DNA from: Balamuthia mandrillaris
Lineage: Eukaryota
Assembly (NCBI GenBank): GCA_031835245.2
Contig: JAVKOQ020000012.1
Span: forward strand, 124,001-188,000
Reading direction: 5' to 3'
DNA length: 64,000 bases
How positions within the stretch are numbered: position 1 is the first letter of the stretch; every line of letters begins with the position of its first letter. This document shows, piece by piece, positions 21,848 to 35,210 of the stretch. Below the pieces are notes generated by a model. The model saw nothing but the letters and a program-made list of their open reading frames with translations. It did no database searches and was not told where the DNA came from. Position numbers and translations under genes: made by a program.

Positions 21848-21989
21848 TAATCTTTTACGATTTCCTTTGCGCAGTCCCTTCACCCGCAGGATCTATTCTT
21901 TGAGGAGGAAGGAGCTCGCCCACTACAGAGAAATGCAGAGGAAGAAGCAAGAGAAGGCTCAACTCAAGGCCAAAGCCAAGAAGCTCTAA
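20985..21989 (+). CDS. PEMT: Phospholipid (phosphatidyl-N-methylethanolamine) methyltransferase, PEMT/OPI3 family
   Basis: PTIWNLLARLEYHTR, SSMYALGITGTYLG/DYFGIL..KVTGFPFSVLNHPMYVG, FE/PFT..IY; C-terminal lysine-rich tail. Confidence 0.93.
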
Positions 21990-22151
21990 ATCATAACACA
22001 GATCCATTCCTTATGCATTTTGTTTTTTGTTTTTCCTTCTCTCTTTGCTTGTTCTTTTGTTTCACCAACAACATAAACTTTGCATATTTTATGCAACTCA
22101 AACTTACTCTTGTTCTCTTTCTTCTCTTCACACAAAAAAACACAATCCCTT

Positions 22152-25100
22152 TTACTGTTGAGGCGTGGAATAGCTCTCAATGGGAGGACAAGTGCACACC
22201 AGATTCCTGTCCCCAAAGGCACCCTCAATGCGTGCCACGGTGGGCCAGTGCTTGTGAGCGTGCAACCATGGAGCAGGGAAGGCTGCTCTCTGCCGGCTGT
22301 ACGGGTGCGTCCACTCGTCTGCGATGACCATGTCCTGCGTGTGCGGAGCGTTCTTCAGGGGGTTATCCTTGGGGTCCATCTTGCCTTGCTCCACCTCGGC
22401 GATCTCCTTGCGAATGGAGATCATGGCGTCGCAGAACCTGTCCAACTCTGCCTTGCTCTCGCTCTCCGTGGGCTCGATCATCAGCGTGTTGGGAATGGGG
22501 AAGGAGAGAGTGGGGGCATGGAAGCCGTAGTCCATCAACCGCTTGGCAATGTCCTCCGCCTCCACGCCGGCCGTTTGCTTGAAGGGCCGCATGTCGAGGA
22601 TGAACTCGTGTCCCACCATGCCTTGCTTGCCTTTGTAGAGCACGGGGTAGTGGGCTTGCAGCCGCTTGGCCATGTAGTTGGCGTTGAGGATGGCCACTTG
22701 GGTGGCTTTGGTCAGACCTTCGCCCTGCATAAGCTTGATATAGATGTAGGAGATGGGGCTGATGTTGCTGCTGCCCCAGGGAGCAGCGGAGATGGCACCG
22801 ATCGAGTCCTCACCGCCGCACTCGGGTACCAAGGGGTTGCCTGGCAGGTGTGGCGCCAAGTGTTTGGCCACTGCGATGGCACCAACACCTGGTCCTCCTC
22901 CTCCATGTGGTATACAGAACGTCCTATTTTGTTTTGTGGGTTAATGTTGTGAAGAAAGCGAGAGGGCGAGGGAGAAAGGAATACAAACTTGTGCAAGTTG
23001 AGGTGGCACACATCAGCGCCAATGTGACCAGGGCTAGTCAAGCCGACCTGAGCGTTCATGTTGGCACCGTCCATGTAAACCAGTCCTCCGTTCTCATGCA
23101 CGACCTTGCAAATGTCGGTGATACTCTCCTCAAACACGCCGTGCGTGCTCGGATAAGTTACCATCAGTGCACAGAGCTTCTCCTTGTGCTGCTCTGCTTT
23201 GGTCCTCAAATCGTTGAGGTCGATGTTGCCGTCCTTGTCGCAGGCCACAATGACGACTTTCAGTCCGGCCATCACGGCTGTAGCAGGGTTGGTGCCGTGA
23301 GCGGAGACGGGGATGAGGCAGACGTTGCGGTGGCTCTGCCCTTTCCGTTGATGGTACTTCTTGATGCAGAGCAGCCCGGCGTACTCTCCCTGGGAACCAG
23401 CGTTGGGTTGAAGGCTGGCTGCATGGAAGCCCGTAATGTTGCACAAGTGTCTTTCCAATTCTTTTTGCATTTCGATCATACCTTCAGCCTATATTTTACA
23501 GAAATAATCAGTACAAGAAACATGAAGAAAGAGTGGAGAAAGAATAAGAAAGCAAGAAAGAAAAATACCGCAGCAAGAGAGCCATAGGGATGAAGGTTGT
23601 TGATCTCAGGCCAAGTGACAGGTAACATTTCGGACGTGGCATTGAGCTTCATGGTACAAGAGCCCAATGGGATCATGGAAGTGTTAAGGCCCAGATCCTT
23701 CCACTCCAGCCGATGCAAGTATCGCAGTAGCTCATGCTCTGTGTGGTAGGAGTTGAAGATGGGATGTTGCAAAAACTTGCTGGTACGTGCGTGTTTGCTG
23801 CCCTCGAAGTTTCCTGTTCCTTTACCGCCTTTTTTTTTTTTTTTTGCAAACAAAAGCCCAAAACAGATTTTAAATAAAGAAAATTAAAAAATGAAGAAAA
23901 CAGTGAGGGGAAGCCAAACTTACGTTGGAGGAAAGTAGAGAGATTAGAAAAGTCAGTGGTGGTTTGGCCCTTGGCTTTGGCCAAAACTTGGAGAAGCTTG
24001 CGCACATCTTCCTCAGTGACAGTTTCGTCAAAGGAAAGAGTGACGGTGCTGCTGTCCAGCTTTCGAAGGTTTAGGCCCTCCTCTAGAAAAGCGGAGTAGA
24101 GCTTCTCTGCATCTACCCCGTTGATACGAATAGTATCAAAGAAAGGTTCTTGGCCGACATTGTACCCTACACTTTGAATGTCAGGAAAAGGAAACAAAAC
24201 TGAGGGAAAAAAGAAACAGAGAACGTACCAAAGCTAGAAAGAGCCGAAGCAACAGTGGTAGCCATATCATGAACACGACGGGCAATTGCAGTCAAACCAT
24301 CTGGTCCGTGATAGACCGCATACATGGCGGCCATGTTGGCCAACAAGGCCTGTGCCGTACAAATATTGCTCGTGGCCTTCTCCCTACGGATGTGTTGCTC
24401 TCTGGTCTGAAGTGCCATACGAATAGCTGGCTTGCCCGTTCTGTCTTTGCTCACACCCATGATCCTACCGGGCAACAAACGTTTGTGTCGGTCGTGGCAG
24501 GAGAGGAAGGCAGCGTGAGGTCCACCAAAGCCCATTGGTACACCAAAGCGTTGAGCAGAGCCAAAGGCAATGTCCGCTCCAAACTCTCCTGGAGGGCGCA
24601 TCATGGTGAGGGCCAAGAGATCAGTGGCGCAGCAAACAAGGGCGTCTTTGTCGTGTGCCCTGCGCACAAAGTCGTCATAGTCCTCGATACGACCATCGGT
24701 AGTGGGGTACTGCACGATGCAGCCGTAGAGGGGAGTTTGATCAAAGTCAAGGGTGCGATGGTCTCCCACCACTACCTTTACGCCAATTGCCTCCGCTCGT
24801 GTCTTTACCACGGCAATGGTCTGTGGATGACAGTCCTTACTGATGAAGAAGGTCTTCTCTTTCTCTTTATCTGCCGCTCCGCTTCTGCTGACGGTGCTGC
24901 CGCCACCACTGCTGCCAACGCACATGGCCATGGCTTCCGCTGCAGCAGTGGCCTCGTCCAACAAGGAGGCGTTGGCCACGGGAAGGCCCGTCAAGTCTGC
25001 CACCATCGTTTGGAAGTTAAGCAAGCTCTCTAACCGACCCTGGGCGATCTCTGCCTGGTAGGGCGTGTAGGGAGTGTACCAGCCGGGGTTTTCCAACATG

Positions 25101-25735
25101 TTGCGCTGGATGACCGGCGGCGTGATGGTGCCATAGTAGCCCTGACCCACGTAGTACTTGAGAGGGAGATTCTTCTTGCTGCCTGACTGTCTCTGGTTCA
25201 GCCGCTGCTTGAGCTCTTCCAACAGCTCCTTCTCGCCGCGCGGGTAGGGACGTTCCTGCTCCAACTTCAGAGGATGAGGCCTAAGGATGTTGCTGGGCAC
25301 CACTTTGGCCACGAGGGCGTCGAGGGAGGGTAGCTCCAGCGTTTTCAGCATCTCCTCCACGTCCTTGTCGCTCGGTCCGATGTGGCGTCTCACAAAAGTG
25401 TCCAATGGGGGAAACGTGATCGAAGAAGATGAAGATGACTTGGATGCAGATCCCTCTGTAGATTTGCTTTTAGCAGCAGAGGCGGCAGTGGTGTAGCACC
25501 GGAGGTGAGAAAGACCGGAAGTTGAAGAAGAAGGGGAGGCAAGAGCGAAAAGCTTTGAGCTGTGACGAAGAGCAGCGAAAGAAGCTGAAGAAGAGGAGGC
25601 AGAAGCAGCAGAAGGAGTGGAGAGAGCGGTGCTGCGCGGCGCTACGGAAGCGGCATTTCTGCCGAGCGTCACGTAGCGAGCGGGGGAGGAGGTGGTCGAA
25701 GAACCGGCACGTAGTGTGAGGTACCTGGCACTCAT
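22152..25735 (-). CDS. GLDC: Glycine dehydrogenase (decarboxylating), glycine cleavage P protein, mitochondrial
   Basis: [79 protein letters not shown] (PLP lysine), [18 protein letters not shown]-rich presequence. Confidence 0.98.
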
Positions 25736-26349
25736 TTATGTTTTCTGATTTTGTGGAAAGGAAGTGAGTCTAGGATTCGATGTTGGAGGGTGAAAGGGGT
25801 TAAAAAAAATGAAAAGTGAAGCTCAAGTGGCAAAAATGTCTTTCTTGCTTGTTTGCCTACAAAAAAAAAAAAAAAAGGTAGCAGAAAAAAAAAAGAAGAG
25901 TACCTGCGTGTATGTGTGTGTGTTGAGAGAGAAAAAAAAAAGCAAAAAAGCAACAAAGACAAAGCACGCAAGCACAACGCACAAAGGATCCGGGCTTGAG
26001 TGTGGCTCGGCGGAGGACGGGAAATGCCGCTAAAGGAAAGCGTTCGCGCTATTTAGTTTTTTTTTAACCCCACTCCACCCCCCCTCTCTCCCTTTCTTCC
26101 TCTATTTCTGTAAATCTTCCTTACCTTAAAAGTTTAAGGTTACCTTAATTGCTGCGCTTCGATCGGGACTGGGGTCCTTCGCTAGAACAAATCTTCAGGC
26201 CTTGGCAAAATTGGACACGGATGGCTTTCTTTCGTGGCAAGGGACCCGCACAGCATTCCAAGCATTGTTGTCATGCCTTCTCCCTTAAAAAATTGGTGTT
26301 TAAAAAAATATGGGTAACCGGGTTCGATAATGGTTACATGTTACTATAG

Positions 26350-27123
26350 GAAAAATTCATGAAGGATGCAGGCAAGGCGTTGGGAGAGAAAGGTTTTCGT
26401 GTGCACGTGACCACCAGCGAGGAGGGCTTTGCCAAGAATCTCCCCGCCAACGACGTGGGCTTCATTGTCAGCGATCTAACGGTGGTTGCGCACACGCCAG
26501 CCCTGGTGGAGGCCATCTGGCACCACCATCAGTCCGGCAGAGGGCTCGCCATCTGGGCCGACAATGCCCCATTCGTCGCCACCGCCAATGCTATCTTGGC
26601 CAAGCTCAGTCCGAAAACGGTATTGCAGGGTATTTTTTCTCCCGTTCTTCTACTGTCGTTGTCTCTTTGTTTCTGATGTTTGCCTACTTAACTTTGGTTT
26701 TCAGGATACGATAGGGGCCACCTGTTGGCAGTAGGCAACGCTAGAAAGCGACGAAAGTTCGGTCGACACCTCACCAAGCTCTATGAAGGCGTTACCATCT
26801 GCTACCCCGAACCCACCGGCAAGAACCTCAAAGTCCTAGCCACCTCCTCCGACGGCCACCCTTGCATGCTCTACGCTGACTATCCCGACATCGAGAACCA
26901 TCAAGGCCGCATCCTTTTGGACTGCGGCTTCACCAAGCTCTACTGCCACTGGGATACCGCTGGCACGGCGCGTTACGTCAGGAATGTTTGCGTGTGGCTG
27001 TTGGGATTGGAGCACCGGTTGAAATATGGCATGCCTTTGCAAGGTCCGTTGAAGCTATCGGATGAAGGAGGAGAGGCGTCTTCGTCTTCTTCGTCATCTA
27101 TCTCTTCTAGCAAAGCCGGATAA
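26350..27123 (+). CDS. Uncharacterised protein (two exons seen; 5' end unresolved, possibly truncated)
   Basis: Coding-like exons joined in frame by a GT-AG intron: GLAIWADNAPF..AN, LYEGVTICYP, GRILLDCGFTKLYCHWDTAGTARYVRN..VWLLG. Confidence 0.6.
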
Positions 27124-27200
27124 AACAATTGTTCGTGCTTGAAACGCACAATGAGCAGGAAGAGAAGCTAACGACGAAGAGAGAGAAGAATGGCGTCTGT

Positions 27201-29133
27201 TTATCGGAGATGCATTGTTAAAGCAATACCCACAAACTTGGCTCCTTGCTGCAAATAAGCACGTTGACGAGCGGGACAAAGGAAGAACTCATCCTTCAGC
27301 ACTTCCCTTCTGCCCAACGTCATATCGTGAAATGTCGAAGAGAAACTCCAACCATGGGCTCTGCACTCAAAAGTGATATTTGAGAAGAGTAAATCGGAGA
27401 TCGCGTTCACTTTTTCCTCTTCTCCATTTGCATCGTCTTCTTCGTAATCTTCTTCGATGTGTCCATCTCCCGCCATGCAAGCTGCTCCACTCCCAATCAG
27501 CATCATCATGTTCATTCGTTCAGAAGTTGTTAATAATGAAGATGAAGAAGAGGAAGCTGGTAACAACAAAGAAGACCGTTCTTCTCTGTTTCTTCGGTCG
27601 CAACGTTGCAAAGAAAGAGAGAGATAGGCATCGCTGCGGTCTTTCTTTTCAAGACAGAGCCGCCATCGGAGACCGAAACCGGAAAAGTGTCGCATGAGAA
27701 GAACGGACCCCTGAAGCTCGTTTACTCCGAACACAAATTCGATGTTGAGGTCTTTGTTTTGAAGAAGTGGAAGTTGATGCATGTCGTTCTTTGCTTCTTC
27801 GGAGGATGATGGCGATGCTTGGTTTCTATGTTTGTTGGGACCATTTTCTTCCATTTCAAACACCATCAATGCTTCTTCCAAACTTCGATCATCCCACGAA
27901 GACGGTTGTATACATCGATGTGTTTGCTTATCGTTTGCTCTTTTCTCCTCGTTCATAACTATTTTATCCTTTTCGCTTTCTGTACATTTTCCATTCGTAG
28001 GCTCCGCTTCTTCCACGTCTGCCATTGTTTTGATCGTTTTACCGTTCTTCTCCTTCTCCTTTTCTTTCATTCCTCTAAGACCGTTACTATGTTCACGAAA
28101 GTGCGCATTTCCCGATTCCAAATCTCTTCGAACCATCTCATCCACAACGCTTTTCTTTTCATAAAACAGGATGGAAGGTTGCCAATGAGCAGACAAGCAG
28201 CTCTCCACGACCGACTCCCAATTATGTCCCACCACTTTGACCTTCTCATCATCGAAGCAAAGCCACTCATTCAACGTGTAGCTGAAGAAATAGGCGGAGT
28301 AATGTTTACCGTAATAGCAAATCATTCCACGAAAGATATAGAGGTTACGATGATGAGGTGGATTGAGTCTTCCTTCTCTTCTTCTATCTGTTGGTATTGT
28401 AGCCTTTTTCATGCGAGAAAAAAAGCCAAGGCCAGACGAAGAAGGTGAAGAAGTTGAAGGTATGGAGGAAGAAGAAGAAAGAGACTTCTGATGAGGAAGG
28501 ATAAACTTGCTGTGATATACATTTGGATTATTTGACACGAGATGCGACGGTAATGAAGCAGAAGTAGAAGAAGAAAGAACTATAGGTGGGGGAAACAAAG
28601 TATCAGGAGAGGCTGGAGACGTAGCAGCACAAGTTGCATAGAAGATTGTGTTGAGGTCTACTTGAAGCGAGGAGATAGCCCGAAGAACAGTCTTGATGTG
28701 TTCGACGGGTGGTGTTGGTGAATCCCAAACGAGACTTACGGTGAACACTTGTGGATCATTATGGAGGAAGCGCTGATTTCTGTTTTTGCGCGTGCATCCT
28801 CTTGCCTTATTGTTGACATTAGTCTTTGTAAACAGAAGAAGAAAGAAAAGATAACACAGAAAAGAAGGCTAACCGCATCAGGGCATTTATGAATCTCAGA
28901 ATCGTTCAAAGTGGATAACAACAGGTCAAAATGGGATCTCAGGGCCTTGTTGTTAGCATAAAGGCTCCTGCAAGCCGTTCCTGTTAGAAAGAACCTACAA
29001 AAAAAAAACACCAGAGAGAATATACGATACCGCAATTCAGAAGTGTAGACATGGTACAGGAAAGAGGATGAAGTTATGGGTTCGCTGGTTGCGCCACATT
29101 GACACTCTGTCTTAATGGTAAACTTGTCTATCA

Positions 29134-29167
<34 letters not shown>

Positions 29168-30198
29168 AGAGGAGAGCAGAGAAGCAGATAGACAAAAGAG
29201 ACTTACTCTATCAAAAATATTCATAGCAAAAACTTTGTGTACACAACATGGCGGCTCACATAATGTCTCCACGTTTTTGTCTACTCCCATCAACACGTTG
29301 TGCACATAAGAGAGAACAGAAACCTGTTGTGGAACACGTTTCATTAATATACAGAGAAGGTTTTATGCAGTTTATGTTGTGAGGTGATGAAGAGACCGTA
29401 CCAACGTTTCTGCAGCATCATACTGCATTTGTTGACATGATGGAGAAAATTGAGGTAAGCAAAGGAAAGAAGGAACGAAGAGGATAGGAAGGAGAGGGAT
29501 GTAAACCATTTCTCCAGGCTTAAATAATTCCTCGTCCTGAAAGGAAGAAGAGAGAGCATTACGCAGAGCCGTTGGAGGCAGCATCGCCTCCTCTGAAAAC
29601 TCGTACTGCGTAAATAGAAACTGTAATGCATAATACCACGTGTTTGTTAATCTCTATTCACACAATACGAAGAAGAAGAAGAGGGAGAAGAGAAGAAGAA
29701 GAAGAAGAAGAACAAGAAGAAGAAGAAGAACAAGAAGAAGCAGAAGCAGAAGAAGAAGAAGAAGAAGAAGAACAACAACAAGGAAGAATGGTCAGAAGGA
29801 GGAGGATTAGAACAACAACAACAAGGAAGAGGAGGATGAACAAGAAGAAAGCGACGAGACAAAACGAAGAAGAAAGCAAAAATACCTTCAAAGCACAAAA
29901 GACACACGAAGTAGGATCCTGGTGATAATGCTGCTCATTCGTTACAAACTCACAGCGAAAGGACGTTAAGTGCCTTTTATTTATTTTCATCAGAACGAAA
30001 CAAAAAAAACCAAAACAAAACAAAAATGTACCAAAGCGATTGAATAACAACATTCAAGAAACAGTTGTTGTCTCCAGCACTATTGGTGAGTCCTTTGGCC
30101 TTGGTGGTGGTTTGCAGCAAGCCCAGGGCGTCTAGTTTCTTCTGAGGGAATAAGAGGTCGTGCTCTGTCGTACCACGAGCGCTTGGAGCTGCCCCCAT
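27201..30198 (-). CDS. USP53/USP54-like ubiquitin-specific peptidase (spliced)
   Basis: Cys box KGLTNSAGDNNCFLNVVIQSLW; CVFCALK; His box GMICYYGKHYSAYF..WLCFDD.KVKVVG..W..VV..C...HWQP.ILFY. Confidence 0.9.
29668..29790. repeat. GAA-rich microsatellite in USP intron
   Basis: Directly visible. Confidence 0.85.
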
Positions 30199-30240
<42 letters not shown>

Positions 30241-30522
30241 TCTTTCTACTTCTCTCTCCGAATTTTCCTTCCCCATTCGAAGCTCTTTCTTTTCCGCCAG
30301 TTCGAACCAAGGTCCATGCAGTTTATCCTGCACAGGTGCCGCAGGTTCAAATCCATCTCTCTGCAATTTCTCCGTCAATAATAATGCGTCGGTTCGAAGC
30401 CCGCTGCGCTCCGTTTGCAATTACTTGGAAAAAAAATTTCTATTTACTCACGTGATCCGTCGGTTAATCTTTTGGTGAATTTGTAACGCTTTATGGTTGT
30501 GTGGCAAAAAGAAAGCGAAACT

Positions 30523-32223
30523 ATGTTCAAGAAGAAGAAGGACAAAGGAAAAGAGAAACAAAAACAGCAGGAGGAGGTTGGACAAGGACTCACCTACTCC
30601 CAATCGTTTCTTCAACTCATCATTTACAACAGGCAGCAACCACCCCATTATGGGCAGCAAGTTACTGGGGTCATGCTACTATTGTTCAGATGCTGCTTCC
30701 TCGGATGGCGGCTGGTGCGTGCGATCTTCCAAACCAAGTCAAGTTCTTCCCCACGCTTCACTTTCTCTTCCCTTCATTCTTTCTTTCTGATTTTTCCTTT
30801 GTGCTCTACAGAGTGGGGTTACTCCTTTGATGGTCGCCTGCAATAGGGGTCACAAAGACGTGGTAATGTGCTTGTTTGAGGGCGGCGCTAACCTCGATAC
30901 AGTCACTGGAGTACGTTCCTTTCTCGTTTATCTCTTTATTCTACGGTTAACCTTAAAAAATAATGCAGGCAGGGAACTCTGCTCTTCATGTAGGATGCAG
31001 CGGGGGCCATCCAGACGTCATTTCGGCGTTGTTGCACGCTGGTGCAAAGCCATTTCGTAACAACGTTTCTATTCGATCTGTTTATTTGGGCACTTTGTTG
31101 CTCTCGGCTTAACTTCTTTCTTCTTGTCCCTTTCATGTTTAGTTCGGACAGACTCCCGTTGATGTGGCGAGCGTGTGTGGGCATGAACGTACTTTTAGGC
31201 ACACATTTGAAAAATCACCGGAACTAAAGGAAGAAAGTGGCTCGCTCTCTTATCACCAACGTGAACTTATTAAAGAATGTGGAGCAAACACTCCCTACCT
31301 CAGTAGAGTATACAAATTGCTGCGAAAGGCGTCACCAAATGTTAGGGCTTCTTGGGTTTGTTGCTTTCAGCAATTATCTTCTTGTTCTTTTTCTTTCGTC
31401 TTATTTATTTACTTCATGAAGGGCGCAACACCGTTGAGCATTGCTGTTAGAAAAGGTTCTCTGCCAGTTGTAAAAGCTCTTCTTCAATCTCATGCTGATG
31501 TATTTGCTATGGACGCGGTAATCCTTCTCTCTCTGTCTCTCTGTCTCTCTGTCTCAATCCACTATAACTGGTGGGATATTGGTAATGTAGGATGGCAAAA
31601 CGGCACTTGTGCAAGCCATTGATTACCATCACACCGATATTGCACTCTTGTTGCTCGAGCATGGAAGCGATGTCAAAGCACCATACTATGTACTTGTGCC
31701 TTTGGAGCACTTCTCTGTCTCCCTCTCCCCGCTTATCTCTCTCTCTCTCTCTCTCACTCTCGGCTTTCTCTTCGTCCCTCGTGTTTTTTTCTATCCCTCT
31801 TTCTTCCATTCCTCTCCTCCATTTTGTTTTTGTTTATTCTGAGACACATGAACGCACACTACAGAAAGAGAGCCCATTGATAAGAGCCACCTACAATGGT
31901 TGTTTTGAATTGCTAAATCCTCTGTTAGAGTGTGGAGCGGATCCGAATGGATATAACGCGGTTCGTTATCACACATCAACTCAACTGATAAAACATCTAA
32001 CCAACAATCGTCAAATCCCTTTCAGCATGGCTGGACTCCTTTAGCCTTTGCAATGAACAGGGGCTTCATTGGCTCTTTCAAAACCTTGTTGGCCGGTGGC
32101 GCCGACCCCCTCTTCAAGTACAAAAGCGACTACAAGTCGGCATGGGAAACAGCCCACTCCAACCCACCAAAATACCAGCCGTTCATCGCTTTGATGGAAC
32201 CCTATTGCTCCAAGCCCGAATGA
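30523..32223 (+). CDS. Ankyrin repeat protein (many short exons)
   Basis: TPLWAASYWGHATIVQMLL, TPLMVACNRGHKDVV, TPLSIAVRKGSLPVVKALL, SPLIRATYNG..LLECGADPN, GWTPLAFA..LLAGGADP; stop at 32221-32223. Confidence 0.88.
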
Positions 32224-32365
32224 CAGAGTCGAGCAAAACGACTCCTCGTATATTTTCCAAGACGACCCGATTGCTGAAGCTATTATATTCATGCGCGCGT
32301 TTCCTCTCACCTATTAGATGACTGTAAATAAGCATTACAAAAAAAAAAAAGAAAAGAAGAGAAAA

Positions 32366-32698
32366 ATGGGAGGAACGCAAGCCAAGCTCAAGAAGGTGGT
32401 GGAGGACCCGCAAAACCTGTACAATCTCGTGGACCTTTTCGAAAGCTACGACAAGAACGGATCGAAAGGAATCGACAAACGCGAGTTCAAACACTTTGCC
32501 AAAGACTTTTTGCGGCAAACCACAGATACACGCGGCGAGGATGCGGAGGAGATACTCAAGTCGAGCGATTATGAAACATTTGAACAGAACTTGTTTGTAA
32601 AGGTGGACAAAGATGGTGATGGGCTGGTCACCTTTGAAGAGTTCAAGCAAGCCATCGTGAGCTGGCATCACGAGGGAACTAACAAAACGGAAGAGTAG
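32366..32698 (+). CDS. Small two-EF-hand calcium-binding protein with predicted N-myristoylation
   Basis: MGGTQAK start; loops DKNGSKGIDKREF and DKDGDGLVTFEEF; intronless, 110 aa. Confidence 0.9.
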   Translation: MGGTQAKLKKVVEDPQNLYNLVDLFESYDKNGSKGIDKREFKHFAKDFLRQTTDTRGEDAEEILKSSDYETFEQNLFVKVDKDGDGLVTFEEFKQAIVSWHHEGTNKTEE

Positions 32699-32709
32699 GA
32701 GTCCATCGA

Positions 32710-34803
32710 TCAGTGACTCTGTTCTTCCTTGTGACTTCGCTCTGTGCGCACCGCCTCCACTAGAGCATGTAACATCCACAATGGCGCAGCAACATCGTTC
32801 TCCAAGTCCTCTTTTCTTTCTTCTTCCTTCTCCTTTGGTGGCAAGGCTTTTGTGCTATCGTTGACCCACGCAATAAAGAAAAAGATTTTCCGCTTTGCAG
32901 CCTCCATCTTTATCTTCCACCGTTTGACTTGTTTATCAACGTTGCCTTTTTCTCCGCCTGGTGTTCCTCTTTTTGTTGTTGCGCTTCGTGCTTGTTGTAG
33001 TGTTTGTGCTTTTGCTTCAGTGTTGTTGATGGTGGTACATTCTTGAAGAGCATGTTCGAAGATGGAGTGCATGTCAGAAAGGGCCATCAACACAAAGGTT
33101 GAAGGTCGAAAAAGAATGGCAACAACATCTTTCAACACCGCCAAAGAAAACTCTTTTGGGTTGTTGGAAAGAGAAGGCTGTTCATTTGTGTTACCGAAAG
33201 AGAAGTAAGAAAAAGGGAAAGGGAAAGGGAAAGGGAAAGGGAAAGGGAAAGGGAAAGGGAAAGGGAAAGGGAAAGGGAAAGGGGGAAAGGAGAAAGGGAA
33301 AGGGAAGGGAAAAGGAAAGGGAAGGGAAAGGAAAGGGGAAAGGGAAAGGGAAAGGGAAAGGGAAAGGGAAAGGGAAAGGGAAAGGGAAAGAAAACGAAAA
33401 TGAAGAATAACGACTGTAGGTAAGGGGGTACCTTCAAAGAGTTTTGGAGCAATTCATCAACAGCAGATGGTAAGGTTGGATGAACTTTGTTTTGGCTGAG
33501 CACCAAAGACAATTCCCAAATGGCATGAGCCGCCTCTGTCGCATTGTCCAACGCTTCTCCATTGAACAATCGTTGGACGTAAGCATAGGCATAACTTAAC
33601 AAGGTAAATGGTAAATAATGGGAGCAACAAAGGAAGATTGAGAGAAGAAAATAATAAGCAGAAGAACGAAGAAGAACGAAAAAGAAGAAGAAGAAGCAGA
33701 AGAAGAAGAAGAACAAGAAGAACAAGAAGAACAAGAACAAGAACAAGACGAAGAAGACGAAAAGACGAAGGAGACGAAGGAGACGAAGAAGACGAAGAAG
33801 AACAAGAAGGAGAAGGAGAAGAAGTTGATGAAGATGAAGATGAATGCAAAGAAGTAGACGATAACGACGAAGGAGACAAACATAAAGAGTAAGGTTAAAA
33901 GAACAAGAAGCAGGTAGAACGTACATAAGATCAACAAGGTTATTTACAAGAAGGGGTGAGGGTTGTGTCTTCAGCAAGGATGAAAAAGGTGGAATGTCCT
34001 TCATCACGCTTGGAGGTTCTCTTTTTGGCTTTAACGCTGCTTTTATCTCTTTGACCCATACCTCTTCCTCCTCTTCCTCTTCTTCCACCCTTGAAAGTTC
34101 TTTCTCTTGTGAAAAAGTGGAGCTCAACTCCACGATCTTTGGTCCTTGTGTTCCTCCCTCTCCTCCCTCTCCTCCTTCCTCCCACCAAGGCTTCCACAAC
34201 TCCAACAACTCGCCCAGTCTGCCATCAGCCAGTGCTCTAAAGAACTCTCTTCGTTCCTGCTCCGACAAGGACTCCAACAACGCGGACGAGTCTACCCCTT
34301 CCTGCAAGCTCAACCCTGCGAACCTGGCGAGAGCCTCTTCTTCCTGTTCCATGTCATCGGTTGCTTCTTCCTCCTCGATTTGTCGTTCGTGCACGCGCCG
34401 CAAGGTCTCCAGCATTCGCTTCTTGTCCTCTTCGCTAGGTTTCTGTGCTTTGAGGCCTTCCACCACGCTCTCGCGATAAAACGCCTCTGTGCATGTTTGT
34501 CCATGTATCTGTGTTTTTTTTTTAAAGGTTTAGAGGTCGTCTAAAACTTTGTTTTTGATCTGATCGCTTCGGATGCGACCACTACAAACCTTGTAGCAAG
34601 CCAAGGAACAGTACTGCAAGTTGCAGCGAGGGCAAGTGTACCGGGCAGTCTCTTTGTGGCACCTGCGGAGAAAAGCGAAAACCCTTTTTTAAGAGATAGA
34701 AGAGAGAAAGAGAGGAGGTTGCAACGTACACACGACACGGCTTGGTCGTTCCTCTTGTAACGAAAAGCTGCTCTTCGCCTCCTCCTCGTTCCTCTCCTCT
34801 CAT
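32710..34803 (-). CDS. ZNHIT2: Zinc finger HIT domain protein 2
   Basis: PCRV/CHKETARYTCPRCNLQYCSLACYK/IHGQTCTEAFYRESV, KKRMLETLRR, ELWKPWW, PSPLLVNNLVDL, YAYAYVQRLFNGE, KRKIFFFIAWVN. Confidence 0.88.
33212..33388. repeat. (AAAGGG)n hexamer array in ZNHIT2 intron
   Basis: Near-perfect GGGAAA tandem repeat of about 175 bp. Confidence 0.95.
33660..33850. repeat. GAA/GAC/GAACAA compound microsatellite in ZNHIT2 intron
   Basis: Directly visible. Confidence 0.85.
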
Positions 34804-35210
34804 TTTTATGCGCTTTTTCTTTTCGATAAAAAGTTCTTGGAATAATGAGGGGTCATAAAATAAAAATTACAAATTATTTCCTTCTTTCAATAGTATCGGC
34901 ATTTATTCCAACCTATCGCGATTCAACAGAAATATTGTGTGTGGTAAAAAATTTCCAAGAAACCAAAAAAACATAAGGAAAAAAACGTAGCAGGTAGAAA
35001 AAGGGAAAAAGAGAGGGTGAAAGCCCTTCCAGACAGAGGGGAGATTTTGACTGTGAAAAACAGAAGAAGAGTTCAAAAGTTTTGGTGAGGATTGCTTTGT
35101 TGTTGCTGGTTTGATAGGTGCGCTTTCAAAGTTTTTTTTTTAAAGTTAAAAAAAAAAAACGAACGATACCTCTCTCTCTCTTTAACGCTTTGTTGAAAAC
35201 GAAAAACATC

